A stretch of 64,000 bases of DNA from an uncultured Acidobacteriota bacterium (GCA_963822445.1 CAWGHO010000002.1:1024001-1088000), one strand, 5' to 3'. Counted from the first letter of the stretch, positions 9,325 through 20,269 are shown. Numbers and translations are program-made. Notes: generated by a model from the letters alone, not told the origin.

Positions 9325-9534
9325 GGCGACGGGTGCTGAGTTCGATTTATCTATCCCGCAACCGTCGCGCTGTCGGTACGCTACCGAACCTTTTTGGAAC
9401 GCAATTCCACCTACCCTGCGCCGGTTGTTGCGTGGGCACCCACTCACTTCGGCATCCGGCCAGACACAAAGCGCGTGTCTCCTCTCCCGAATGTCGTCGC
9501 GGTTTTCGGACCCGGCGCTCATCAGGAGAAGGTC

Positions 9535-10269
9535 ATGACCACGTCCCACGAGGCAGTCTCGAGCGGTAACCCATTTCTGGACGCTCTATCAGCCGGCCTG
9601 GGAGGCCGCCTGGCAATCATCGAGGAAGAGCGGGTGAACCATGAGGTGCTCATCGAAGCGGACGAGCCGACTGAGTGGCTCTACTTCCCGCATCGTGGCG
9701 CGCTCATCTCGCTGACCCGCGCCAGCGACAGCGGCGCCACCGTCGAGGTTGGCATCGTCGGATTCGAAGGCCTGGCCACTATGCATGCCCTCCTCGCCCC
9801 GCAAAGCATCGGCGCGGAAGGGGTCGTTCAACTCAGCGGCCGGATCTCCCGTGTGGCATTGCAGGAAGTTCGCGACGCGATCAATGACAACGCGGAAGCC
9901 CGCGAGCTGATCTTCGCCTACGCCGGCGCGTTCCTGACGCAGGTTTCGCAGCACGCTCTCTGCAACCGCCTCCACACCATCGAGCAGCGCCTGGCCAAAT
10001 GGCTCCTCGGCGTCCGCGATCGAATCGACACCGACGAGATCGGCCTGACTCACGATTTTCTTTCGCACATGCTCGGCATTCGCCGCTCGGGAGTGACCGT
10101 GGCCATCGGCGCACTGGCGCTCGACGGTCTCATCCAGCATTCGCGCAGCAGCATCACCATCACCGATCGCGAAGGACTCGAAAGCCGTGCGTGCGAATGC
10201 TATGGAGTGATCGTGGAAGCGACGCGGCCGCTGCTCGAGCGTCTTCAAACCACCACCGTCACATCCTGA
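9535..10269 (+). CDS. Crp/Fnr family transcriptional regulator
   Basis: EVGIVGFEG, CNRLHTIEQRLAKWLL, LTHDFLSHMLGIRRSGVT HTH; SD aggag. Confidence 0.92.
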   Translation: MTTSHEAVSSGNPFLDALSAGLGGRLAIIEEERVNHEVLIEADEPTEWLYFPHRGALISLTRASDSGATVEVGIVGFEGLATMHALLAPQSIGAEGVVQLSGRISRVALQEVRDAINDNAEARELIFAYAGAFLTQVSQHALCNRLHTIEQRLAKWLLGVRDRIDTDEIGLTHDFLSHMLGIRRSGVTVAIGALALDGLIQHSRSSITITDREGLESRACECYGVIVEATRPLLERLQTTTVTS

Positions 10270-12148
10270 CCTGCGCGCCGAGCTCGATCACCTGATTGGG
10301 CGGAAGCGAGAAGAACGCCGAGGCGCTGCTGGCGTTGCGGGTCATCGAGGCGAAGAGATGCTCGCGCCAGATGGCCATGCCCGGATGATCGGTCGGAATG
10401 AGCGTCTCCCGGCCGAGGAAGTAGCTGGTCGTCATCGGGTCGAATGAGACCGGCCCCTTGATCCGCTCGAGCAGAGCAGGGATGTCGGGATCTTCCATGA
10501 ATCCGAAGCGCACGATCAGGCGATAAACGCCCTGACCGAGCTCGAGCCACTCGCTGCGCTCTTCGTCAGCGAGGTGCGCGGTCTCCTCGACGTTCACGCT
10601 GAGCAGCACCACCTTCTCGTGCACGACCTTGTTGTGCTTGATGTTGTGCAGCAGCGATGTCGGGATGCCGTCGTGCTGCCGGGTCATGAAGATCGCCGTG
10701 CCGCGCACGCGGTGAACGCGGCCTCCCGCCAGCTCGGCGACGAACGCGTCGGTGCTGATCGCGCTTTCGGCAAGCCGCGACGTGAGAATCCGCCGCCCGG
10801 TGAACCACGTGGACATGATCGTGAAGATCGTCACGCCGACGAGCATCGGGAACCACCCGCCGTCGGCGATCTTGATGATGTTCGAGCCGAAGAAGGAAAG
10901 GTCGATGATCGCGAACGGCACCACCAGGGCGAGCACCTTGGGAATGCTCCAGCCCCAGCGCTCGCGCGCGACGACCGCGAGGAGCGTCGTGGTGACGGTC
11001 ATGGTCGTGACGACGGCGATGCCGTATGCGCCGACGAGGTTCGTGGCTTCGCGGAAGCCGAGAACCAGCCCGATGGCGCAGAGCATCAGCAGCCAGTTCA
11101 CGGAGGGGATGTAGATCTGGCCGATCTCGCGCTCCGAGGTGTGGCGGATGCGCATGCGGGGCAGATAGCCGAGCTGCACGGCCTGACGCGTGAGCGAATA
11201 CGCGCCGGTGATGACCGCCTGCGACGCGACCGCCGCGGCCAGCGTCGCCAGAATCACCAGCGGCAACAGAGCCCATCGCGGCGCGAGCAGGTAGAAGGGA
11301 TCGCTGGCCGCTTTCGGATTGTGAAGGAGCAGCGCCCCCTGGCCAAAGTAGTTCAGCAGCAGCGCCGGGAAGACCGCCGCGAACCAGGCCACGCGGATCG
11401 GCTTCGGACCGAAGTGACCCATGTCCGCGTAGAGCGATTCGCCTCCTGTCACGACGAGAAAGACAGTGCCCAGCACGAGGTAGCCGGCCAGTTGATGCTC
11501 CATGAAAAAGCGCACGGCCCAGATCGGATTCGCGGCCACGAGCACCTGCGGGACGCGAAGGATGTTGTAAACGCCGAGGACCGCCAGCGTGGAGAACCAG
11601 ATCAACATCAGCGGTCCGAAGAGCATCCCCACGCGCGCGGTGCCATGTTTCTGCACCGCAAAAAGTGCGATCAGGGCGATCACGGTCAGGGGAACGACAG
11701 CTTTCGCGAAAACAGGCGTGACCACGCTGATGCCCTCGATCGCGCTGAGCATGGTGATGGCCGGCGTGATCATGCCGTCGCCGTACAGCAGCGCCGCTCC
11801 GAACAGTCCGAGGGCGATGAGGACCGTGCGACGCTTGCCGCGGCGTTGCGATTCGCGCGGGCGCACCAGGGACAGGAGGGCCAGCGTGCCGCCTTCGCCG
11901 CGGTTGTCCGCGCGCAGAACGAAGACCAGATATTTGATGGAGATGACCAGGGCCAACGCCCAGGTGATGAGGGAGAGGATGCCCAGCACGTTGGCGGGCG
12001 TGACCGCGAGCTGATGCCCGTGATGGGGCATGAAGCACTCTTTGAGCGCGTACAGCGGGCTGGTTCCGATGTCGCCATACACGACACCGAGCGCGCCCAG
12101 CGACAGAGTGAGGAAGTAGCGCTTGCTGTGCTGCTCAGGCGCGGTCAT
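10259..12148 (-). CDS. kup: Kup potassium uptake transporter
   Basis: LGVVYGDIGTSPLY, ADNRGEGG, YADMGHFG motifs. Confidence 0.96.
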   Translation of the reverse strand: MTAPEQHSKRYFLTLSLGALGVVYGDIGTSPLYALKECFMPHHGHQLAVTPANVLGILSLITWALALVISIKYLVFVLRADNRGEGGTLALLSLVRPRESQRRGKRRTVLIALGLFGAALLYGDGMITPAITMLSAIEGISVVTPVFAKAVVPLTVIALIALFAVQKHGTARVGMLFGPLMLIWFSTLAVLGVYNILRVPQVLVAANPIWAVRFFMEHQLAGYLVLGTVFLVVTGGESLYADMGHFGPKPIRVAWFAAVFPALLLNYFGQGALLLHNPKAASDPFYLLAPRWALLPLVILATLAAAVASQAVITGAYSLTRQAVQLGYLPRMRIRHTSEREIGQIYIPSVNWLLMLCAIGLVLGFREATNLVGAYGIAVVTTMTVTTTLLAVVARERWGWSIPKVLALVVPFAIIDLSFFGSNIIKIADGGWFPMLVGVTIFTIMSTWFTGRRILTSRLAESAISTDAFVAELAGGRVHRVRGTAIFMTRQHDGIPTSLLHNIKHNKVVHEKVVLLSVNVEETAHLADEERSEWLELGQGVYRLIVRFGFMEDPDIPALLERIKGPVSFDPMTTSYFLGRETLIPTDHPGMAIWREHLFASMTRNASSASAFFSLPPNQVIELGAQVRM

Positions 12149-12225
12149 CGAACGGGCGTGAAGTGTAGCAGTGAAGCGGCGGGCTGAAACTCAGCCGGAT
12201 TCGGCGCGTATTCGGTGCAACGTCC

Positions 12226-13089
12226 ATGCTTTCAATAACCAACCTCTCCAAGACCTACGCCAATGGCGTGCGCGCCCTCCACGATGTGACGCTGGAGATC
12301 GGCAACGGCCTCTTCGGCCTTCTCGGTCCGAACGGCGCCGGTAAATCGACGCTCATGCGGACGATCGCCACGCTTCAGGAACCGGACCAGGGGGCGATCA
12401 CTTTCGCCGGCCGCAACGTCGTGGCCGACCCCCGCTTCCTCCGCCGCCAGCTCGGCTATCTGCCGCAGGACTTCGGCGTGTATCCGAAGATTCCGGCGTT
12501 CGATCTCCTCGACCATCTGGCCGTTCTGAAGGGATTGGGCAGCCGCGCGCAACGGGTGTCGCAGGTCGAGTCGCTGCTGCATCTCACGAATCTCTACGAC
12601 GTTCGCAGGCGCGCGGTGAGCTCATTCTCCGGCGGCATGAAGCAGCGCTTCGGCATCGCCCAGGCCCTCCTCGGCGACCCGAGGCTGATCATCGTCGACG
12701 AGCCGACGGCCGGGCTCGATCCCGAAGAGCGCAATCGCTTTCACGATCTGCTCAGCGAGATCGGCGAGAACGTCGTGGTCATCCTGTCGACGCACATCGT
12801 CGATGACGTGAGCGATCTCTGCTCGCGCATGGCCGTGCTCGCGGGCGGGCGGGTGTTGCTGCAGGGCAGGCCGGCAGAGCTGATCGAGAAGCTCGAAGGG
12901 CGGGTGTGGCGGAAGACGATCCGCAAGGACGACATCCCGCGGTATCGCGAGTCGCACACCGTGTTATCGACTCGCCTGTTCGGTGGCGAGACGCGGATTC
13001 ACCTGCTCGCCGACGAACGTCCCGAAGAGGGATTCGAGGTCGTGCCGGCTGACCTCGAAGACGTGTATTTCTCCGTCCTCCGCGCATGA
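12226..13089 (+). CDS. ABC transporter ATP-binding protein
   Basis: Walker A GPNGAGKST, signature FSGGMKQR, DEPT. Confidence 0.95.
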   Translation: MLSITNLSKTYANGVRALHDVTLEIGNGLFGLLGPNGAGKSTLMRTIATLQEPDQGAITFAGRNVVADPRFLRRQLGYLPQDFGVYPKIPAFDLLDHLAVLKGLGSRAQRVSQVESLLHLTNLYDVRRRAVSSFSGGMKQRFGIAQALLGDPRLIIVDEPTAGLDPEERNRFHDLLSEIGENVVVILSTHIVDDVSDLCSRMAVLAGGRVLLQGRPAELIEKLEGRVWRKTIRKDDIPRYRESHTVLSTRLFGGETRIHLLADERPEEGFEVVPADLEDVYFSVLRA

Positions 13090-16000
13090 TCAAAGACGTC
13101 GTCGCATTCGAATGGCGCTATCACACGCGCCAGGCGTCGTTCCTCGCCGCGGCGCTGATCTTCTTCCTCTTCGGCTTCGCGCTGACGGCGCGCGCATTCG
13201 GTCCGGCGAACGTGAACATCGACTCGCCGTACAGCATCACCCAGACCGTCGCGCTGCTCTCGCTGTTCTCGGTCTTCGTGCTCGCCGTCTTCTGCGCGAA
13301 TGCGGTCGTGCGCGATCGGGAGACGAGGATGGAGGAGATCGTCTTCACGACGTCGATCGAGAAACTGCCGTTTCTCTTCGGCCGTTTCACGGGATCGTTT
13401 CTCGCGGCGTTCACGGCGTTCAGCATGTCGGTGGTGGGGATGTTCGTCGCCCGCTTCATGCCCTGGCACGACGCGGACCGGCTCGGCGCGTTGAATCCGC
13501 TGCCTTATCTCTGGGCGCTGCTGGTGGTCGCGCTGCCGAATCTTTTCTTCGCGGCGGTGGTGCTGTTCGGGCTCTCGACGGTGACACGCAGCGTGCTGGC
13601 GAGCTACGCCGGATCGGTGCTGCTCTACGTTCTGTACTTCGTCGCCGCTGCCGCGACGGACTCGCCGTTGCTCGCTGCGTCAGCCCCATCAGCGAGTGAA
13701 GGGATGTCGCTGGCGGCGCTGCTCGATCCGTTTGGACTGTCGGCGTTTTTCGAGCAGACGAAGCATTGGACGCCGGCCGTTCGGAATTCGCGGCTGCTTT
13801 TGTTGAGTGGGTCGTTTCTGCTGAATCGCGTCATCTGGCTGGGGGCGTCGGTTGCGGGGCTGGCAGTGGTTTACCGGCTGTTTTCGTTTCGTGTGGTGCG
13901 GGCCTCTGGCCTACCTCTCAAGCCCCCACCGCCCAAAGGTAGGCCGGAGGCCCACACTACACCGTCGCGGCCGTTCCTCGCCCTCACCAGAATCGAGATC
14001 CGCACGCTCATCCTCAACCGCGCGTTTCTGGCGATGACGCTGTTGTGGGCGGGGCTCGCGGCATTCGAGCTGATCTCGGAAGTCACGCGCGGCGAGTACG
14101 GCTCGGCGACGTATCCGACGCCCGGCATTCTCTTCAGGACGCTCGCCCAGCCGCTGTCGATGCTGGTCACGATCCTCATCGTCTACACGAGCGCGGAGAT
14201 CGTCTGGCGCGAGCGCGCACTGCGCATGGCGGGCATTCTCAACGCGTCGCCGGTGAGCAACGGCGTGTTCGTCGCCGCGAAATGCACCGCGCTCGCGGTG
14301 ATGGTGTTGTTGATGACCGCCGTCGCGGTGATCACCGGCGCGATCCTGCAGCTCGGCCGCGGCTGGCCGATCGAGCCGGGCGCGCTGCTGGCCTTCGTCT
14401 ACTTCAGCGCGATGCCGCTGATCCTGCTGGCCATCGCCGCGGTCGTCATTCAGACGCTGAGCCCGCACAAGTATCTGGGCATGCTGCTGGTGCTGCTGTT
14501 CGCGGTGGTCAGTCAGCGCGGCGAGGTCCTGGGGCTGAACAACCCGCTGTGGCGCTTCGCGAATGCGCCGGGCGTCGAGTACTCGGACATGAACGGCTTC
14601 GGCCGCACCGCGCCGTTCCACTGGTTCATGCTGTACTGGGCTGCCTTCGCCGGCCTGGGTCTGCTCCTGGCGATCGCGCGCTGGCGCGGCACGCAGGTGC
14701 GCGTGCATCGGCCCGTCGCGATCACACTGGCCTTGATCTTCGTTGCCACCGGCGCATTCATTTACGCGAACACGAACACGCACGACATGCTCGCCTGGCG
14801 CGCGGAGTACGAGAAAAAGTACAAGCCGTTCCAGTCCCTTCCCCGGCCTCGCATCAGCGCGATCAAGGCGACGGTCGACCTGTATCCCTCGGCGCGCCGC
14901 TATCGCGTTCGCGGCGAGTACGTTCTGCTCAACGAGACCGCGAAGCCCGTCGACAAAGTGCTCGTGGCCCTGCGGCGCGGCGAGGATCCGACGACACTCG
15001 CGCTCGACCCGCCGCTCGCGCCGCGCGGACGCCGAACCGTGCGGTTCGACGTCACGCACGAGAATCGCGATTTCGTTGCGCCGGATCAGACCATCGTCGA
15101 AAACGGCTCGTACATCACCAGCATCCGCGCGCTGCCGGCGATCGGCTATCGCGCCGGATGGGAGATCGACGATCCCCGCGAGCGCCGCCGCCGCGGCCTG
15201 CCGCCCTCGACGCCGCGTCCCGAGTCAGAGATCCCGATCGCGGAATGGGTCGACGTCGACCTGACCGTGTCGACCGAGACGGATCAAACCGTCGTCGCAC
15301 CTGGAACGCTCGTGCGCGATTGGAAAGAAGCGACGCGCCGCTTCTTTCACTACCGCACCGCAGCGCCGATCCCGAATCAATTCGCAATCTCCTCGGCCCG
15401 CTACACGCTCTCGAAGCAGACCCACGACGGCGTGGCCATCGAGCTGTATCACCACCCGCGGCACACGCCGAACATCGAGCGGATGACGCGCGCGGCGGCA
15501 GATTCACTGCGTTACTACCGCGACAACTTCGGACCGTACGCGCATCCGCATCTGCGCATCGCGGAAGTTCCGATTCCGATGTTCTCCGCATTCGCGCAGC
15601 CAGGCGTGCTGTTCTTCGGCGAGAACCGCGGCTTTCTCATCGACGCGCGCGATGAGCGCCGCATCGATCTGGTTTACCGCCGCGTCGCGCATGAGATCGC
15701 CCATCAGTGGTTCGGCTACACGCTCATTCCGGCCGACGTGCCCGGTGCGTCGACGCTCGCCGAGTCGCTCACGAAGTACGCGGAGCTGATGGTGCTGAAG
15801 AAGGCCCACGGCCGCGAGCAGGTCGGCCAGTCGCTGGCGTATGAGCTCGACCTTTATCTTTCCGGCCGAACGACAGTCACCGGCGCGGAGCCTCCGGTGG
15901 TGAAAGCGGAGAGCGACCAGCCGTTCCTCTTCTACCGCAAAGGCGCGATCGTGCTGTACGCGATCGAGGAGCTTCTCGGCGAACAGACCATGAACGCCGC

Positions 16001-16412
16001 GCTGAGAAATCTGATCCGCGAACAGGGCGGTCCGAATCACAAGCCGACCACCGCGCATCTTCTGCAGCACCTGCACGCCGTCGCGAAGCCCGAGGAGCGC
16101 AAATTCATCGATGAGTGGCTGAATGACGTCGTGCTGTACGACGTGAAGCTCGAGTCGGCGGTCGCGAATGGTTCCAAGGTCACGCTGCGCGTCAGCGCTT
16201 CGAAGGAGCGGGCGAATGGAGAGCGGCTGCCGTTCGACGAGATGCTGGAGATCGCCGTCGGCGATCACGTCGCGAAGTACCGGGTGAAGGATGGAACGCA
16301 GGAGATCAAGGTCAGAGTCGCCGGCGAGGCCCACTTCGCGGAGATCGACCCGTTGAACACCCGGGTCGATCGCAACCGATTCGACAACGGAAGAGTGGTC
16401 ACGCAGCCCTGA
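13086..16412 (+). CDS. ABC-2-type permease fused to M1 family aminopeptidase
   Basis: Two blocks of TM helices, then HEIAHQW...E and YRKG gluzincin motifs; ATGA overlap with the ATPase gene. Confidence 0.9.
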   Translation: MIKDVVAFEWRYHTRQASFLAAALIFFLFGFALTARAFGPANVNIDSPYSITQTVALLSLFSVFVLAVFCANAVVRDRETRMEEIVFTTSIEKLPFLFGRFTGSFLAAFTAFSMSVVGMFVARFMPWHDADRLGALNPLPYLWALLVVALPNLFFAAVVLFGLSTVTRSVLASYAGSVLLYVLYFVAAAATDSPLLAASAPSASEGMSLAALLDPFGLSAFFEQTKHWTPAVRNSRLLLLSGSFLLNRVIWLGASVAGLAVVYRLFSFRVVRASGLPLKPPPPKGRPEAHTTPSRPFLALTRIEIRTLILNRAFLAMTLLWAGLAAFELISEVTRGEYGSATYPTPGILFRTLAQPLSMLVTILIVYTSAEIVWRERALRMAGILNASPVSNGVFVAAKCTALAVMVLLMTAVAVITGAILQLGRGWPIEPGALLAFVYFSAMPLILLAIAAVVIQTLSPHKYLGMLLVLLFAVVSQRGEVLGLNNPLWRFANAPGVEYSDMNGFGRTAPFHWFMLYWAAFAGLGLLLAIARWRGTQVRVHRPVAITLALIFVATGAFIYANTNTHDMLAWRAEYEKKYKPFQSLPRPRISAIKATVDLYPSARRYRVRGEYVLLNETAKPVDKVLVALRRGEDPTTLALDPPLAPRGRRTVRFDVTHENRDFVAPDQTIVENGSYITSIRALPAIGYRAGWEIDDPRERRRRGLPPSTPRPESEIPIAEWVDVDLTVSTETDQTVVAPGTLVRDWKEATRRFFHYRTAAPIPNQFAISSARYTLSKQTHDGVAIELYHHPRHTPNIERMTRAAADSLRYYRDNFGPYAHPHLRIAEVPIPMFSAFAQPGVLFFGENRGFLIDARDERRIDLVYRRVAHEIAHQWFGYTLIPADVPGASTLAESLTKYAELMVLKKAHGREQVGQSLAYELDLYLSGRTTVTGAEPPVVKAESDQPFLFYRKGAIVLYAIEELLGEQTMNAALRNLIREQGGPNHKPTTAHLLQHLHAVAKPEERKFIDEWLNDVVLYDVKLESAVANGSKVTLRVSASKERANGERLPFDEMLEIAVGDHVAKYRVKDGTQEIKVRVAGEAHFAEIDPLNTRVDRNRFDNGRVVTQP
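13891..13962. repeat. REP-like palindromic element inserted in-frame in the ABC/M1 gene
   Basis: 26-bp arms 13891-13916 and 13937-13962 with 3 mismatches. Confidence 0.75.
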
Positions 16413-16432
16413 TCTTGCATGGAGCCGGGCTC

Positions 16433-17587
16433 ATGATCCGGTTCCTGCCCCTCGTCGTCACAGTCGCGCTCAGCCTCTCCCTCGCAGCCCAGAACGTCGT
16501 CCTGCAACCGGTGGTCGGCAATCTCACCGCGCCGGTAGCGATCGCCCACGCCGGTGACGACCGGCTGCTCATCGTCCTGCAGGCGGGGCAAATCGTGATC
16601 TGGAACGGGACCAGCCTGCTGCCCACGCCGTTCCTCGACATCCGCCCGCTCGTCCTCGCCGGCGGCGAGCGCGGCCTCCTCGGCCTGGCCTTCCATCCCG
16701 ATTACGCGCAGAACGGCTTCTTCTATGTGAACTACACCAACCGGGCGGGAAACGGAGACACGGTCATCGCCCGCTACACGGTGTCGGCTGCCGACCCGAA
16801 TCGCGCCGACCCCGCCTCCGCGCGCACCCTCCTCACCATCGACCAGCCCTTCTCCAATCACAACGGCGGACAACTGCAATTCGGCCGGGATGGCTACCTC
16901 TACATCGGTATGGGCGACGGCGGCTCGGGCGGCGATCCGCAGAACAATGCGCAGAATCGTGCGCAACTGTTGGGCAAGATGTTGCGCATCGACGTCGACA
17001 GCGGCAATCCCTACGGCATCCCGCCGACCAACCCGTTCGTCGGGCAGTCCGGTGTGCGGCCGGAGATCTGGGCCACCGGGATGCGCAACCCCTGGCGGTT
17101 CTCATTCGACCGCATCACCTCCGACCTCTGGATCGCCGACGTCGGTCAGGGGGACGTCGAGGAGATCGATTTCCAGCCGGCTTCGAGCCGCGGCGGGGAG
17201 AACTACGGCTGGCGGATCAAGGAAGGCTCGGAGTGCTTCAACAGCAACAACTGCAACAGCGCGGGGCTGGTCGATCCCGTGGTCGAGTATGGCCACACGA
17301 ACGGCGCCTGCTCCGTGACCGGCGGCTACGTCTATCGCGGCACGCGCACGCCGCGCCTGACCGGGACGTACATCTACGGCGACTACTGCAACGGCGTGAT
17401 CTGGGGAGCAACGCGAAACGCGAGCGGCGCGGTCACGACGCGGGTCCTCATCGACACCAACCTGTTCATCAGCACGTTCGGCGAGGATGCGAACGGCGAG
17501 GTGTACGTCGCCGATCACAACGGCGCCATTTATCGCATCACCGATTCGATCCCGCTGCCGCCGCGACGCCGTTCCGTGCGCAAGTAA
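16433..17587 (+). CDS. Secreted PQQ-dependent sugar (glucose/sorbosone) dehydrogenase family protein
   Basis: GERGLLGLAFHP, NHNGG, GMGDGG, GMRNPWR motifs; signal peptide. Confidence 0.92.
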   Translation: MIRFLPLVVTVALSLSLAAQNVVLQPVVGNLTAPVAIAHAGDDRLLIVLQAGQIVIWNGTSLLPTPFLDIRPLVLAGGERGLLGLAFHPDYAQNGFFYVNYTNRAGNGDTVIARYTVSAADPNRADPASARTLLTIDQPFSNHNGGQLQFGRDGYLYIGMGDGGSGGDPQNNAQNRAQLLGKMLRIDVDSGNPYGIPPTNPFVGQSGVRPEIWATGMRNPWRFSFDRITSDLWIADVGQGDVEEIDFQPASSRGGENYGWRIKEGSECFNSNNCNSAGLVDPVVEYGHTNGACSVTGGYVYRGTRTPRLTGTYIYGDYCNGVIWGATRNASGAVTTRVLIDTNLFISTFGEDANGEVYVADHNGAIYRITDSIPLPPRRRSVRK

Positions 17588-17606
17588 CTGTACGATCCGC
17601 GGCCGC

Positions 17607-18263
17607 ATGCCTTCGTTCGACGGATTGATTCGCGAGCTCGCCGCGGCCGTGGTGTCGGATCGGGCCACGAATCAGTTCTCGGACACCGTGGGTGATCTGC
17701 AGGAAAACGCGATCCGGCGCCGCAATCTCAAGCTGTATCTGAGCGAGCTCGCGGCAATCGGTCCGCGCATGCTGCTCATCGGTGAGGCGGTGAGCTACCG
17801 CGGCGGACGGCTCACCGGCATCGCCTTCGTGAGCGAGACGGTGATGCTAGGCGGAGTGGAGATCAGCTCCGGCCGCATCCTCGGCGCCGATCACGGCTAT
17901 CGCAAGGCGACGCCCGGGCCGAGGCTTTCGACGGAGGCCAGCGCGACGATGGTGTGGGGAACGATTGCGGACATCAGGCCGCTGCCGCTGCTCTGGAACG
18001 CCTTTCCCTTCCACCCGTTCCACGAGGGAGAGCCGCTCACCAACCGAGTCCCCAGCGCCGCCGAGCTGCTCCTGGGCCAGCCCTTCATCGAGCGATTGCT
18101 GAAACTGTTTCCGATCGAGCAGATCGTGGCCATCGGCAACCAGGCCTCGCTGTCGCTCACGCGGCTCGGGATCGCCCACGAAAAAGTGCGCCATCCGTCG
18201 ATGGGCGGCAAAAACCAGTTCGTCGAGGGAGTGGCCCGGCTGTCGCAAGCTTCGAAGGCATGA
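17607..18263 (+). CDS. Uracil-DNA glycosylase superfamily protein
   Basis: LIGEAVSYRGGRLTGIAF, WNAFPFHP, VRHPS motifs. Confidence 0.85.
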   Translation: MPSFDGLIRELAAAVVSDRATNQFSDTVGDLQENAIRRRNLKLYLSELAAIGPRMLLIGEAVSYRGGRLTGIAFVSETVMLGGVEISSGRILGADHGYRKATPGPRLSTEASATMVWGTIADIRPLPLLWNAFPFHPFHEGEPLTNRVPSAAELLLGQPFIERLLKLFPIEQIVAIGNQASLSLTRLGIAHEKVRHPSMGGKNQFVEGVARLSQASKA

Positions 18264-18439
18264 AGAAGAAGAGCCAGATTCAGGAGATCAAGGAAGGCCG
18301 GGCCATGCGCGAGCGGGTCTGGTCGGGACGCTTGCAGCCCGCCGGGCCGCGCGTCGATTTGAGGACGGAGAACGCCGTGAAGCTGACGACCGTGCCGAGC
18401 TCGGCGGAGGAGAAGTACAACGGGGGAAACGAGGACTAG
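18260..18439 (+). CDS. Small hypothetical protein (59 aa)
   Basis: ATGA overlap with the UDG stop; typical codon usage. Confidence 0.45.
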   Translation: MKKKSQIQEIKEGRAMRERVWSGRLQPAGPRVDLRTENAVKLTTVPSSAEEKYNGGNED

Positions 18440-19446
18440 CCCCCGATGTGTGACATCTCCACTTTCCTGAGCTCCCGCGTGTTCTCCGACCGCACTTCCG
18501 AATAGCGATCCTCGCGGCCGCGCCACACATTGGCGATGGCCTCGGCGATGACGTCATCGCTCGCGCCGTTTCGCAGCAGCGCGCGCAGGTCGTGGCCGTG
18601 CGTCGCGAACAGACACAGATACAAATGGCCGTTCGCGGAAAGCCGCGCGCGCGTGCACGTGCCGCAGAACGGCTGCGTGACGGACGTGATTACGCCGATC
18701 TCGCCGCCACCGTCGGCGTATTGCCAGCGCTCGGCGACCTCGCCGAAATAGTTCCCATCAGCCGGCACGAGCGGCCATTCGCGCGAGAGCGTCTCGATGA
18801 TCTCGCGTCCCGGCACGACGTCATCGACGCGCCAGCCGTTGGTGTTGCCGACGTCCATGTACTCGATGAAGCGGATGATCGTGCCCGTGCCGCGGAAGCG
18901 CCGCGCCAGATCGACGATGCCGCCCGCGTTCATGTCCCGCCTGACCATCACGTCGATCTTCAGCGGCGTCAGGCCGGCCTCGATGGCGTGATCGATCGCT
19001 TCGAGCACGCGCGCCACCGGAAAGTCGACATCATTCATCGCGCGGAACACGGCGTCATCGAGCGAGTCGAGACTGATCGTCACCCGTGACAAACCGGCAG
19101 CCTTCAACGCCCGCGCCTTTTCGCGCGTCAGCAGCGATCCGTTCGTAGTCAGAGCGATGTCATCGAGTCCTTCGATGGTTGCCAGCTGTTCGACCAGCAG
19201 CTCGAGATCGCGGCGCAGCAGAGGCTCGCCGCCGGTGAGCCGCACCTTGCGCACGCCGTTGCGGACGAACAGACGCGCCAGACGCGTGATCTCCTCGAAC
19301 GTCAGCAGCTCATCGCGCTTCAGAAACGCGAAGTCGCCGCCAAACACGTCCTTGGGCATGCAGTACGGGCAGCGGAAATTGCAGCGGTCCGTGACCGAGA
19401 TGCGCAGGTCGCGGACGGGGCGGCCCAGTTTGTCCAGGGGGGACAT
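18436..19446 (-). CDS. moaA: GTP 3',8-cyclase MoaA
   Basis: [27 protein letters not shown]...LC, C-terminal IGG. Confidence 0.97.
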   Translation of the reverse strand: MSPLDKLGRPVRDLRISVTDRCNFRCPYCMPKDVFGGDFAFLKRDELLTFEEITRLARLFVRNGVRKVRLTGGEPLLRRDLELLVEQLATIEGLDDIALTTNGSLLTREKARALKAAGLSRVTISLDSLDDAVFRAMNDVDFPVARVLEAIDHAIEAGLTPLKIDVMVRRDMNAGGIVDLARRFRGTGTIIRFIEYMDVGNTNGWRVDDVVPGREIIETLSREWPLVPADGNYFGEVAERWQYADGGGEIGVITSVTQPFCGTCTRARLSANGHLYLCLFATHGHDLRALLRNGASDDVIAEAIANVWRGREDRYSEVRSENTRELRKVEMSHIGG

Positions 19447-19459
19447 GTATCCGGCGAAA

Positions 19460-20269
19460 CTACGCCGGAGGGAACAAAAACTCCAGCGCCAGCCGCACGC
19501 GCCGGGCCCAGGCCCGCTCGCTGTGATCGCCGCGCCGGTCTTCGTAATACCGCAGCGTTTCGTCGGTCCAGCCTTTGGCCTTCAGCCGATCGCGAAGCGT
19601 CCGCGCGTCGTCGAGCGTGTTCTGCCCTTCGCGACCGCCAACGTCGAGCCACATCCGCGGCCGCGGTCCGTCGAACGCGTCGACTTCCTTCAGGATCGCG
19701 CGATCGTTCCACCACACGGAGGGCGACATGATCACGGCACCGCGAAAGACCTGCGGATGTTTGAGCGCGAGGTAGAGCGAAACCAGTCCGCCGAGGGATG
19801 AACCGCCGACGGCCGAGTCATCGGGGACGGTCCGGTACTTCTTGTCGATGGCCGGCTTGATCACGTCGAGCAGGAACTTCGCGTACTCGTTCGCCCGCCC
19901 GCCGCCGGCGTGTTTCGGATCGACCGTGGGCGTGTATTCATCGATGCGCGCGGGTCCGGCGTGATCGATGCCGGCGATGATCATCGGCGCCGCGGTCCGC
20001 TCACCGATCGCGCTATCGGCCGCTTCCTGCAGTTTCCAGTGCTGGCCGGGGATGTAGGAGCGATGCGCGTGAAAGAGATTCTGCCCGTCGTGCATGTACA
20101 GCACGCGATAGCGGGGATCGTCGCGCTCGTCGTAGCCGGGAGGCAGATAGATGGTGACCTGCCGGCCTTCGACGTCGAACGAATCGACGCGGCCGGTGCG
20201 GATCGCGGAGCGGCGATTCTCAGGTTTGAAGATGCGGCGGAGAGCTGTCCTCAGCGAAGGTTCAGGCAA
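19460..20269 (-). CDS. Alpha/beta hydrolase (esterase family)
   Basis: YMHDGQN, GSSLGG nucleophile, DHSE. A TTG start would overlap the upstream stop; start is uncertain. Confidence 0.88.
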   Translation of the reverse strand: MPEPSLRTALRRIFKPENRRSAIRTGRVDSFDVEGRQVTIYLPPGYDERDDPRYRVLYMHDGQNLFHAHRSYIPGQHWKLQEAADSAIGERTAAPMIIAGIDHAGPARIDEYTPTVDPKHAGGGRANEYAKFLLDVIKPAIDKKYRTVPDDSAVGGSSLGGLVSLYLALKHPQVFRGAVIMSPSVWWNDRAILKEVDAFDGPRPRMWLDVGGREGQNTLDDARTLRDRLKAKGWTDETLRYYEDRRGDHSERAWARRVRLALEFLFPPA

